Positions 19,021 to 28,305 of a DNA stretch of 64,000 nt are shown piece by piece. Under the pieces are notes generated by a model. That model saw only the letters and a list, made by a program, of their open reading frames with translations. It was not told the DNA's origin and ran no database searches. Both the position numbers and the translations under genes were made by a program. The number at the start of each line of letters is the position of its first letter. The stretch's first letter is position 1. This stretch comes from an uncultured Ignavibacteria bacterium. GTDB lineage: Bacteria > Zixibacteria > MSB-5A5 > DSPP01. The stretch spans positions 11,870 to 75,869 of the forward strand of contig CAZSIT010000006.1 in the NCBI GenBank assembly GCA_964607165.1, in the 5' to 3' direction.

Positions 19021-20562
19021 CTACAGGCGGGTAAAGTATCCCGTAAATCCGACGAAAACACGATGCTGCCGTAACCGGTGGAACAAAGTCGCGCTCGAAG
19101 CGCGGCTGGCTCGAAGATAGGTGGTATAATCGTAGGCCACGTCTAACACCACCTGATTCCAACGGACGCCCAGACCCGCGGAAGCGCCAAAACCTTTGGC
19201 AGACCGGTCCTCGTCGAAGTTATCATACACCAGTTTTACGGTCGAAATGGTGTCAATATCGTTTCCTTGGGCATCCTTTATCACCGAATCCTCATAGGTA
19301 GGAAAATAAGCAGAGGAAAACGGGAAAAGACTGGTAAGCGTTCGAATCGGGAGGTTCCTAACGCCCCCTCGTACCGCCACCTGCCCAAAACCGGGGTTAA
19401 AGTTGTACTCCCAGCCCAACCGCACCTGATGGGTGGAAGTCATACCTACCGATGCGCTGCCCAACTGAAGTGTGGCAAAATTGGAAAATGGAAACACAAA
19501 AAATCGACGAGTTTTTAATTCAGCCGCCCCCCAGTTGGTGTAGGTATAATCAAAATCGACCAAAAGCGATTTCCCGAATGTGTATGACAAACCCACCGAG
19601 GCCGAAAGAGGCAGCTTTAGATAAGAATCGGTGAAAAATAACAGGCCCGGCAGAACGGAGACGTCCGGAAGGCCGGAAACCAAGACCGTATCGTATAAGC
19701 CGATATCCATATTGGACTTTAAGGCAAAAACATTTTTACGGCCCGAACCGAAGCTGGGAACCCTGCCGGCAACACCCAGGCGGGCTTTTTTGTATTCCAC
19801 CTGGGCTCCCAAAAGCAGGCTGGAGCCGCGGTAATCAACCTTATTGGCCAAACGCTGCTTGAACACAGCCGTTTCTTCCCCATTCTCCTTGTTGACCGTA
19901 AAAGGCCCGATAAAAAGGTTGAGGGTGTCGGAAGACCCGCCCTGATAAATCTGAAAATTGGCCCCAAAAGAAAATTTCCCATATCGAGTGGCGGCGGCAA
20001 AGTTGAAAGCGCCCAATTTTCCACTCGACTGGCGGTCAAAAGCAGCGTTGGCTATACTTATAACCCCGTTAAGTTCTAATGGTATAAAGCCATCAGCTCG
20101 ATCCGCGTAGAATTGATCGGCCACGGTAGAATAAGCAAAAGCACCTACGAAAGTATGCCCGACAATCTTTCCGGTAGAAGCCACCGCTCCAAAATCAAGC
20201 CCGTCGAAGGAATCTATATTTTTCTGGTCTATGACCGGATTTTGTACCCCGGGATTAGCTTGCTGGGTACGAATGCCCGGCCGGTTGTAACGATAAACAA
20301 TCGAAGTCTGCGTGCGGTTCAAAGTGGACAAACCGGCCGGGTTGTAGCCTATTGAGGATAAATCTCCGCTAACTCCCAGATACGCTCCGCCCATTCCCCG
20401 CGCCGCCACGCCCGCCCCGGAAAAATTCAGGTCCAAGCCCGGCAATTGAAAGGGCAGAGCGGCCGGCTGCAAAAAATCCCCTGGGGTGGGAATATAATTC
20501 TGCGCCCGGGCCGGCAATGCCAACAAGATAAAAATCGATACTAATCCCAAAAATCTTCGCAT
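19021..20562 (-). CDS. Outer-membrane beta-barrel of the FadL/PorV superfamily (PorV-like T9SS shuttle candidate)
   Basis: GAGGTG RBS before the ATG at 20562. Signal peptide MRRFLGLVSIFILLALPARA. N-terminal motif GAGVAARGMGGAYLGVSGDLSSIGYNPAGLS. Pattern rich in alternating beta-strands. Confidence 0.5.
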   Translation of the reverse strand: MRRFLGLVSIFILLALPARAQNYIPTPGDFLQPAALPFQLPGLDLNFSGAGVAARGMGGAYLGVSGDLSSIGYNPAGLSTLNRTQTSIVYRYNRPGIRTQQANPGVQNPVIDQKNIDSFDGLDFGAVASTGKIVGHTFVGAFAYSTVADQFYADRADGFIPLELNGVISIANAAFDRQSSGKLGAFNFAAATRYGKFSFGANFQIYQGGSSDTLNLFIGPFTVNKENGEETAVFKQRLANKVDYRGSSLLLGAQVEYKKARLGVAGRVPSFGSGRKNVFALKSNMDIGLYDTVLVSGLPDVSVLPGLLFFTDSYLKLPLSASVGLSYTFGKSLLVDFDYTYTNWGAAELKTRRFFVFPFSNFATLQLGSASVGMTSTHQVRLGWEYNFNPGFGQVAVRGGVRNLPIRTLTSLFPFSSAYFPTYEDSVIKDAQGNDIDTISTVKLVYDNFDEDRSAKGFGASAGLGVRWNQVVLDVAYDYTTYLRASRASSATLFHRLRQHRVFVGFTGYFTRL

Positions 20563-20881
20563 ACTGCACCTCGTTTCTTTCATACAAAAACTCGAATTTA
20601 GAGCTTAATTTCCTTATGTCAAACGCTTTCTGACATATTCTAAACGAGCTTCCCCCTAAATCCTTACCTCTATCAACACCTACGCACCACTAAGTTAAAC
20701 AAGGCCGCCCCGAAGGTCAAGTGCTACGTGGCTGCAAAAGGCAACAAGGACAACCTACAAAGAAGGGCTTGGCAAGTTTTTCAAACAACTCGAAAACCAT
20801 AAATTCCCTACCTCAACAAACTTATTTTCTTTACTTTCCACAAAATGAAAATGTTTAGAAAGATAAAAAGAGAAGAAAAGT

Positions 20882-23107
20882 ATGAAGGCGTCAAAGAATA
20901 ATAGGACCCAACCGCAAATCTTCAATAAGGCAAAAGCTTGGGCGCTGGGACTTGTTTTGCTATTCAGCCTGTCCATTGCCTTGCGGCTGGCGGTCTTGGC
21001 GCAAAGCCGGGGGACGGTCGCGTTTGAAACTCCGGTTCTGGACTCACGATTTTACCTGGAGGCCGGCCAACAAATCGCCCAGGGTAGTAACCCGTCTAAC
21101 CGGCCCTATTTCATGAATCCCGGCTATATCTGGACGGTGGCTTTATTCAGCAGGATTTTTGACGACCCCAAACTTCCACTCCTTATTTTTCAGATTATAA
21201 TCGACTCTCTTACCTGTTTATTAACGGCGGTTTTAACCCGCCGGCTCTTTGGCCAATTAGCCGGGTTGGCGGCCGGAACGCTATTGGCTGCCAACGGTTA
21301 TCAGATTCTTTCCGCCACACGAATCCTGCCGGAAACCATCGCCGCTTTTTTACTGGTGGTTTTTGTCATCATACTTGTCCGAACCACAGAAAAACCGGCG
21401 GGCATGCGGCTATTTTTCTCCGGCACGCTCCTGGGGCTCTTATCGTTGCTTCGAACCAACGCCCTGCTAATTATTTTATTTGCTTTCGCTTTCTTTGCCA
21501 TTACCTGGAGAAAAGACCGGTTGGCGAAAACGGCACAAAGAATTTTGCTGTTCGCAACTGGAGTCGCAATCATTATTGCGCCGGTGACTATTAGAAACGT
21601 AACCGCAGGAAAAGACCGGGTTTTAATAGCTTCAAGCGGCGGGGTGAACTTCTATTTAGGTAACGTCACGGAAAGTGACGGGCGCTTTATATCTTTGAAT
21701 CAACTTCCCCTTGCCCCCGGCCAATTCGACGACGACCCCAGCGGCGGACGATTCGAGAGAACCATTCAGGCCTTTGCCGAAAAACAGGAAGGCCGTCCGC
21801 TGAAACCTTCGGAAGTGTCGGCTTTCTGGATGCGTAGGGGATTAAAGGAGATATTCGATCATCCAACGGACTGGATTTTTCTCCTGTTTCGAAAAACTTT
21901 TCTCTTCTTCAATTCTTTTGAAATTCCGCAGATTGACAACCTGTATTTCCTCAAACAATACGTCCCCATTCTCAAACCCTTGAGCTTCATTTCAAGGATA
22001 CTTTGGCCCTTAACGTTATTCGGTTTTCTTTTCCTGCTTAAAAAACCAAGCCATTCAAGCGCGCTTTTATTGGTGTTTATCGGTTATGCGATTTCGGTGA
22101 TTCTCTTTTTTGTTACCGCCCGCCACCGGCTTCCGGTGGTGCCGCTGGCTGCCTGTTTTGCCGGCTGGGCGATATCCTTATTTGTCGTCCAAATACGAAA
22201 GTGGGAGTCAAAGCCACTTTTCCTAAAGGGCACGGTTCTGGCTGTATGCGGCATTGTTGCCAACCTAAATCCGGCCGTTGGCCAGTGGGTGCCGCTCGAA
22301 TCGGAGGCATCTGCCCAAAGCTGGTTTAGCCCAAGCGCCGAGTATTTGGACTTTCCCAGTCAATACAACAACATGGCGGCTCTGCTTTTGGAGAAAGGGG
22401 AATTTGTTGGCGCAGAAACTGAATGCCGTCGAGGTTTAGCGTTCAAGCCTTACCACCCTACCCTGCTTTACAATTTAGGGCGGGCCTTGGTGGCCGAGCA
22501 AAAATACTCCGAGGCCGGGCAGGTATTGGAGCAAAGTCTAAATTTTCAACCCAACAACGCCGAAGTTGCAGCCCTTTTAGGAGAAACCCGCTACAAAGCC
22601 GGCGACTTAAAAGGGGCGCGCGATGCGCTGGAACGGGCGGTGAGCCTCTCACCGGCTTTGGCCGGCGCCTGGAACACACTGGGGCCAACTCGTTTCCAAT
22701 CGGGGGACACCGTGGGAGCGCTCCAAGCTCTGCAAGAAGCTGAACGCTTAGCTCCCGGATGGTACCAACCCTGCTATAACAAGGCAATACTGCTAACGCG
22801 TCTTAAACGTTATAGGGAGGCTCTTGCCGTTCTCGATTCGCTCTCCTTGCTCTATCCGGCGAACCGCGAAGTAACCCTGGCGTTGGCCAATTCTTTAGTC
22901 GGCGCCGGGCAATTCAGCCGGGCCGATAAAATTCTTAACGACCTGATTGCCAAACATCCGGATGATCTCGGCGCCCTGCTAACTTTGGCTGAACTGAACT
23001 TAAACCGGGGAGAGAAAACTCAAGCGCGAGTCTTCGTTTTGCGCGCGCTTTCGATTAATCCCCAGAGCCGGCGCGCATTGGATTTGCTAAGGGAGACGAC
23101 TAAATAA
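20882..23107 (+). CDS. Polytopic GT-C-like (ArnT/PMT-type) membrane glycosyltransferase domain fused to C-terminal TPR repeats
   Basis: About 11 TM helices in the N-terminal 450 aa. The C-terminus has multiple TPR-like repeats (AxxLxxxG/YxxA). Confidence 0.55.
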   Translation: MKASKNNRTQPQIFNKAKAWALGLVLLFSLSIALRLAVLAQSRGTVAFETPVLDSRFYLEAGQQIAQGSNPSNRPYFMNPGYIWTVALFSRIFDDPKLPLLIFQIIIDSLTCLLTAVLTRRLFGQLAGLAAGTLLAANGYQILSATRILPETIAAFLLVVFVIILVRTTEKPAGMRLFFSGTLLGLLSLLRTNALLIILFAFAFFAITWRKDRLAKTAQRILLFATGVAIIIAPVTIRNVTAGKDRVLIASSGGVNFYLGNVTESDGRFISLNQLPLAPGQFDDDPSGGRFERTIQAFAEKQEGRPLKPSEVSAFWMRRGLKEIFDHPTDWIFLLFRKTFLFFNSFEIPQIDNLYFLKQYVPILKPLSFISRILWPLTLFGFLFLLKKPSHSSALLLVFIGYAISVILFFVTARHRLPVVPLAACFAGWAISLFVVQIRKWESKPLFLKGTVLAVCGIVANLNPAVGQWVPLESEASAQSWFSPSAEYLDFPSQYNNMAALLLEKGEFVGAETECRRGLAFKPYHPTLLYNLGRALVAEQKYSEAGQVLEQSLNFQPNNAEVAALLGETRYKAGDLKGARDALERAVSLSPALAGAWNTLGPTRFQSGDTVGALQALQEAERLAPGWYQPCYNKAILLTRLKRYREALAVLDSLSLLYPANREVTLALANSLVGAGQFSRADKILNDLIAKHPDDLGALLTLAELNLNRGEKTQARVFVLRALSINPQSRRALDLLRETTK

Positions 23108-23155
23108 AATCGGGATTTCAAAACGCTATGTAGTTTTGACGTCGAAGATTTAATT

Positions 23156-25414
23156 TTATCCGCTCAAGGTTTTACTTTTTACTTCAAGCAACCACTTTTG
23201 AAATTCCGTCTCTTTCCGGATTTCATCCAGGAACGGGTTGTATTCCAAAAAGACCCATAAAATTTTGTTTTCTTTTATTCCCCTTTTTATCCATTCAAAA
23301 GCCTTAGCTTGGTCTTGCAGAAGAACGTAGGTCAAAATCAAGTTTTCTACGACATCTTCATCCAACGACATCTCTTTCAACGCTTTCTTCAACTCTGCTT
23401 TTGCCTCGGACACTTTTCCCAGCCCGGCATGGATAGCCGCCAGGCCCGAAACTCCCGCCGGATCGCCGCCGTGGACGCTAACGTACTTGTGCATACATTC
23501 CAAAGCCGCGGCGTAATTTCCTTGAAAAAAATAAATTCTGGAAAGTATGAAATTTCCAATTTCCTGATGGGCCGGTTCTTTGGATTGCAAAACGCGCTGA
23601 ATACTCGCTTCCGCCTGAAGGAAATTATTTAAGCCCAGATAGAAGCGGGCCAAAAGCCACAAGGCCAGATACAGGGTGGGGTCGTTTTCGTAGGCCAACC
23701 GATACTCTTGCTCGGCTTTCTCAAATTCTCCCAGATAGAGATAGGTTGTACCTAAATTAGCCCGAGCCACCGCCAGCGTTGTATTAAGTTGCAAGGCCCT
23801 GCGGAGATGCTCTTTCGCCTTTTTAAATTGCCAGACCTTATAGTAATACGTGCCTAACGCTTTGTGGGCTTCGGCACTATAAGGATCTTTATCCACCGCT
23901 TGCAGGGCGGCAATTTCCGCATCTTTAAGAATTTGCTTGTCGCTTTCAAAACCCCGATCAATCAATTGAATGTAGCTGTCCGCCAAACCCGCATACGCCA
24001 GCACGTAATCCGGGTCAATCGTCAGAGCCTGCCTGAAAAACTGAACGGCTCTCCATAAGTCTTCTTTGTCGTACTTATGATACAAACTTCTCCCTTTAAG
24101 GTATAATTCGTATGCCTCCAAGCTGCCCCGATACCGCTGGCCAATATCTTCTTCTTCCTTTTTGGAAACTTTTCCCTTTATCGCCCGGGCAATATCCTTG
24201 GCTAATTCTTCCTGAAGTTCAAAAACCTGCTTAAACTCACGGATGTACGTATCGCCCCACAAGTTAGCCAGCGTTTTGGGATCTACCAACTGGGCCGTAA
24301 TTCTTATGCGCTCCCCTTGCTTCCATACCGATCCCCGTAAGATATGGTCAACTTTCAATCGTTCCGCAAGAAAGGGAATATCGACTGGTTTATCTTTAAA
24401 AGGCCGAACCACATCGCGCGCTCGTACTTGAACACCCTCAATTTTGGTTAAATCGTTGATTATTTCTTCGGTAATTCCGTCCGAGAAGTATTCGGTCTCT
24501 CGGTCTTCGCTTTTATTTTCGAAAAACAGAACCGCGATAGACTTTTGGGCCGGTGGTTCCAGCTCTCTTTGTTCCGTCGTCCGCCCTTTGGTTTTATCCT
24601 TGAATCCTTTTAGTTCGGCCAATAAATCTTCGGTGTCTTTAAACCGATCCTCTTTTTTCTTTGCCAGGGCTCGGTCGACAATCTTCTGAAGCTCAACCGA
24701 AGCCTGCTGATTGTATCGACTTAGCGGAAGGGGATCGTCAAATTGAATGGCGTAATAAATGGCCGCCTTGTGTTCCCCATCAAAGGGAAGGCGGCCGGTA
24801 ATCATTTCGTACAAAACTACCCCAAAGGAGAAAATATCGGTTCTGGCGTCAATCTCCTTATCGCCACGGGCTTGCTCGGGAGAAGTATATCCCTCCGTTC
24901 CCATCGTCACACCGCTTTGGGTCAACCGGGAAGCATCCTTGAGCCGGGCCAACCCAAAATCGATTAACTTTACTTGGTCGTCCCGATAAAGCAGAATATT
25001 CTTTGGGGTGATATCGCGATGAGTCACTCCGACTCGGTGAGCGGCGTTCAATCCTTCGCAAATTTTAATCCCAATATCAACGGCCCGGCCTATTGGAACG
25101 CCTGAATGACCAATTGATTCTTTTAAAGATTTTCCGTCAATATACTGCATGGAAATGTAGTACCGGCCGTCAAATTCGCCGACGTCATAAACGGTTATAA
25201 TATTTTGATGGTCCACAGCGGCAATGGATACCGCCTCCCGTCGAAATCGGCTCTTGGCCTCTTCATCGGAACTGTATTCTGAATTTAAAACCTTGAGCGC
25301 CACTTTACGGGGCAAATTAAGGTCTTCGGCCAACCAGACCACTCCAAAGCCGCCCCGGCCCAGCTCTTTAAGTATTTTGAAATGGGAGAAGGTTTGGCCT
25401 ATCATCGGGCCCAT
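23156..25414 (-). CDS. Ser/Thr protein kinase with C-terminal TPR array
   Basis: GRGGFGVVWLA Gly-loop, AHRVGVTHRDITPKNILL catalytic loop, DFG, then TPR repeats. The probable start is MGPMIGQ (the ORF extends to 25513). Confidence 0.8.
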   Translation of the reverse strand: MGPMIGQTFSHFKILKELGRGGFGVVWLAEDLNLPRKVALKVLNSEYSSDEEAKSRFRREAVSIAAVDHQNIITVYDVGEFDGRYYISMQYIDGKSLKESIGHSGVPIGRAVDIGIKICEGLNAAHRVGVTHRDITPKNILLYRDDQVKLIDFGLARLKDASRLTQSGVTMGTEGYTSPEQARGDKEIDARTDIFSFGVVLYEMITGRLPFDGEHKAAIYYAIQFDDPLPLSRYNQQASVELQKIVDRALAKKKEDRFKDTEDLLAELKGFKDKTKGRTTEQRELEPPAQKSIAVLFFENKSEDRETEYFSDGITEEIINDLTKIEGVQVRARDVVRPFKDKPVDIPFLAERLKVDHILRGSVWKQGERIRITAQLVDPKTLANLWGDTYIREFKQVFELQEELAKDIARAIKGKVSKKEEEDIGQRYRGSLEAYELYLKGRSLYHKYDKEDLWRAVQFFRQALTIDPDYVLAYAGLADSYIQLIDRGFESDKQILKDAEIAALQAVDKDPYSAEAHKALGTYYYKVWQFKKAKEHLRRALQLNTTLAVARANLGTTYLYLGEFEKAEQEYRLAYENDPTLYLALWLLARFYLGLNNFLQAEASIQRVLQSKEPAHQEIGNFILSRIYFFQGNYAAALECMHKYVSVHGGDPAGVSGLAAIHAGLGKVSEAKAELKKALKEMSLDEDVVENLILTYVLLQDQAKAFEWIKRGIKENKILWVFLEYNPFLDEIRKETEFQKWLLEVKSKTLSG

Positions 25415-25617
25415 TATCTTGCGGGCTCTATCAAAAAAATCATCCGGCAAACTTCGACAGTTCAATAATTTTACACAAAAATGAATAATAACAAATTGGG
25501 CAATGTTAAACAACCGAATAAAGCTTAACGGTCAATCTGAAAGGGCCGCCAACCCGTCGGGAAAGCCCCAAACCAATTGGAGAAAAATGAAGAACCGGAT
25601 AAATGCGATGAAAACAA

Positions 25618-25693
25618 TAGCCCCGGCCCGATTCGAACGGGCGACCAACGGTTTAGGAAACCGCTGCTCTATCCAATCTGAGCTACGGGGCCC
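25618..25693 (-). tRNA. tRNA-Arg (anticodon CCT)
   Basis: The minus strand reads GGCCCCGTAGCTCAGATTGGATAGAGCAGCGGTTTCCTAAACCGTTGGTCGCCCGTTCGAATCGGGCCGGGGCTA. Cloverleaf with anticodon loop TTCCTAA, T-loop TTCGAAT, G1-U72 wobble, no encoded CCA. Confidence 0.85.
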
Positions 25694-25736
25694 TAAACCA
25701 AAAGTAGAAAATGGCCGCCGGAAAAACAAGCGGCGC

Positions 25737-28118
25737 TTAGATCTCCGTGCAGACAGGCCCCAAGGGGATTCCTAAAAACGCGTAGTTTAAAAGGATGATT
25801 ACGTCAGCCGAGGTTAATAGACAATCGCCGTTAAAATCTCCCTGCGCGGGGGTGAGCACCGGGGAACCGAGGAACACGGCATTCATATAAATGACCACGT
25901 CGGCAGCATTCACGTTGCCGTCGGTATTGAAATCCCCCCGGATGGGGGCGCCCGAAACGGCAAAGTCATCTATTCCCCCTTCGACATTGGAGTCTCCCTG
26001 CCGGTCGGAAACGACCGCCCGGAAACGCATATTATTGGTCACCGGCAGAAGGCCGCTAAGGGTAAACTGCTTTAAAGCCCAGGTGTTTTGGGTAAAACGA
26101 TATTTTTCCAAAGAGACCCAGGTCGAGCCGCCGTTGTTGGAAATCTCGGTTCGAATGGTGTCCTGGGTGGGATTGGCACCCCCGTTGTTGGAAAACCAGC
26201 GCCAGTAGGATAAAACCGGGTTTAGGTACCCGGAAAGGTCCATAATCGGTGAATACAAGGTCGTTTTGCCGGCATCCACATCGTGGTCTTGAAAGGCCTG
26301 GTTAGGTTTAAGCTGGCCGGTGATATAGCACATTTGCCCGGGAATGGCGCTATGGTCTGCGCCTGGCTGCGTTTGGAAATTGACGTCATTATAATCGGCA
26401 AGCGGTATAACCCGCTCCCAGATGCCGGCCGTCGCATCATCGGCTGAATCGCCTATTGTCCAGCCCTGGTCAAATTCGAGCAGGTCGTTATATCCGGGCG
26501 CAAGCTGGTAATTGCGGCTAACCACTCCGCTGGGTGGGACCGTCAAAGTTTCCGCCTTGGTCACCAATCCCCACTTGCCCGCAAAAATTGCCAAAGACAC
26601 TCCCGCCGGGACCGTGAGCGAAAAATTGCCGGAAGCATCGGTAGTATCTTCAAACAAGATGTCGTCGGCAACCCCCACCCGGACGCCGGAGGGAGAAAGA
26701 GAAGAAGCCGCCAAGCCCAAAACCGCCGCCGTTCCGGAAAAAGTGCCAGTGGGCAAAGGAGTTAAAGCAACATTTAAAGTTACGCTATCCGACAAAACGG
26801 CATTGACCACAACTGTGTCGGTTACGAAGCCGAACCGATTTACTTCTATTTGCCTTGGGCCATCCACGGTACGGATGGAGAAATGCCCGTTGGCTTCACT
26901 CAAAACCGACTTATCCACGTCGATTAAGCGGACTTGCGCGCCGGGAATCGGCATTCCGCTGCCCATTTCTGTGACCTGGCCCACAATTTTCCCGGCTTTG
27001 GCATTGTTAAAGCTAAAAACAAATAGGCCGTACTTTCTATCATAAGCAGTGATGACACCGGAATTGAAGTACGGGTAAACGTCCCAGCAACCGTCAAACC
27101 CGCCCGCGTCGAAGTCTGAAAAAGTATCATAACTCCCAACTTCGACAGGGTAGGTCGGGTCCTCAATGTCAAGAATCCTGATTCCCTCCGAATAATAAGC
27201 AAGATAGGCATAGTTACCTTTTACAAAAACATTGTGCACGGTGCGGTTGGGTGCCGCTTCGTACGAACCCACCTGGGTGATGGAGGCAGGGAAACGCACA
27301 TCCCAGACCAAGAGGTGGCCGCCGGGATTAACCTCGTCGGTTGTAAAAAGATATTTCCCGTCTTCGGTAGTCCAGGTATTGTGCGTAAACGCACCCGGAT
27401 ACAATACATCTGCGAGACGAACTGGAGCGGATTTATTGGCGATGTTTACGGCCGAAAACCCGCCGCCCAACCAGGCAACGTAGGCGGTGTCCCCTTTGAC
27501 AAAACTGTCGTGAGATTGCTTAAGCCCCCCTCCTCCAGCGGGAGGAGCCAAATGCGAAACCTGCAACGGGGCGGTTGGATTGGCCAGGCTCACAATCCAC
27601 CAATCGTCGGAGGCCCCGTTCATTCCCAAGTAGGCGTAGTCCCCGTCAATATGAACGGTATGCGCTCCGTTGGGCGCTGTGGAATTCGCCGCCAGCGAAC
27701 CGGGATATTGACCGACCGTAGAAGCGGTATATGGATTTGAAAGATTGATAATCTGCAGAGCGGCCCGCGTACTTCCTCCCCCTTGATTAACGGCATAGGC
27801 CCAGCGTTGATAGGTTCGCACCTGCTTTAAATCAGAAGCACCAGACGCTATGGAGATTGTCTTCGCCAAAACCGGAACGCTCGGGTTAGTTATGTCAACA
27901 ATGTCAAGTTGAATCCCGTTAGCCTCTGGCGCCGACGCCCGGCAGACTAAAGCAAATTCCCGGCCGATTGAATCGGTGTATCCCCAGCCTCCTCTGGTAG
28001 GGCCCGGCCTATTGGAAAGGAGAGTTATATTCTTAATCTGAGCCGACGCCGGGAAAGAAAATAGAAAAACGGAAGTCAAAACTGTAAGGCTAAAAAAAGC
28101 TCTCTTAAGGCGGTACAT
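25737..28118 (-). CDS. Secreted LVIVD-repeat beta-propeller (choice-of-anchor-B-like) protein with carboxypeptidase-regulatory-like domain and C-terminal double dockerin repeat
   Basis: GAGGAG RBS before the ATG at 28118 (MYRLKRAFFSLTVLTSVFLFSFPASA is a signal peptide). Propeller repeats. GKIVGQVTEMGSGMPIPGAQVRLID is CarbopepD_reg-like. C-terminus DFNTDGNVNAADVVIYMNAVFLG...DFNGDCLLTSADVIILLNYAFLGIPLGPVCTEI. Confidence 0.65.
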   Translation of the reverse strand: MYRLKRAFFSLTVLTSVFLFSFPASAQIKNITLLSNRPGPTRGGWGYTDSIGREFALVCRASAPEANGIQLDIVDITNPSVPVLAKTISIASGASDLKQVRTYQRWAYAVNQGGGSTRAALQIINLSNPYTASTVGQYPGSLAANSTAPNGAHTVHIDGDYAYLGMNGASDDWWIVSLANPTAPLQVSHLAPPAGGGGLKQSHDSFVKGDTAYVAWLGGGFSAVNIANKSAPVRLADVLYPGAFTHNTWTTEDGKYLFTTDEVNPGGHLLVWDVRFPASITQVGSYEAAPNRTVHNVFVKGNYAYLAYYSEGIRILDIEDPTYPVEVGSYDTFSDFDAGGFDGCWDVYPYFNSGVITAYDRKYGLFVFSFNNAKAGKIVGQVTEMGSGMPIPGAQVRLIDVDKSVLSEANGHFSIRTVDGPRQIEVNRFGFVTDTVVVNAVLSDSVTLNVALTPLPTGTFSGTAAVLGLAASSLSPSGVRVGVADDILFEDTTDASGNFSLTVPAGVSLAIFAGKWGLVTKAETLTVPPSGVVSRNYQLAPGYNDLLEFDQGWTIGDSADDATAGIWERVIPLADYNDVNFQTQPGADHSAIPGQMCYITGQLKPNQAFQDHDVDAGKTTLYSPIMDLSGYLNPVLSYWRWFSNNGGANPTQDTIRTEISNNGGSTWVSLEKYRFTQNTWALKQFTLSGLLPVTNNMRFRAVVSDRQGDSNVEGGIDDFAVSGAPIRGDFNTDGNVNAADVVIYMNAVFLGSPVLTPAQGDFNGDCLLTSADVIILLNYAFLGIPLGPVCTEI

Positions 28119-28305
28119 AAATAAGCTCCTCTTTTTAACTTCCAAACAAATCACCAACTCACCGGCAAGAACCGGCACTGCCCAACACCCTCAAAAGTAG
28201 TATAAGTCCTAAGACCTTATCTGTCAATCACTTTTTCGGGTTCAACCAGGTCTGAAAGAGGAGGAGCCCCCCCGTAAAAAAAGCTCCGAATAAGTTAGCT
28301 GGGCC

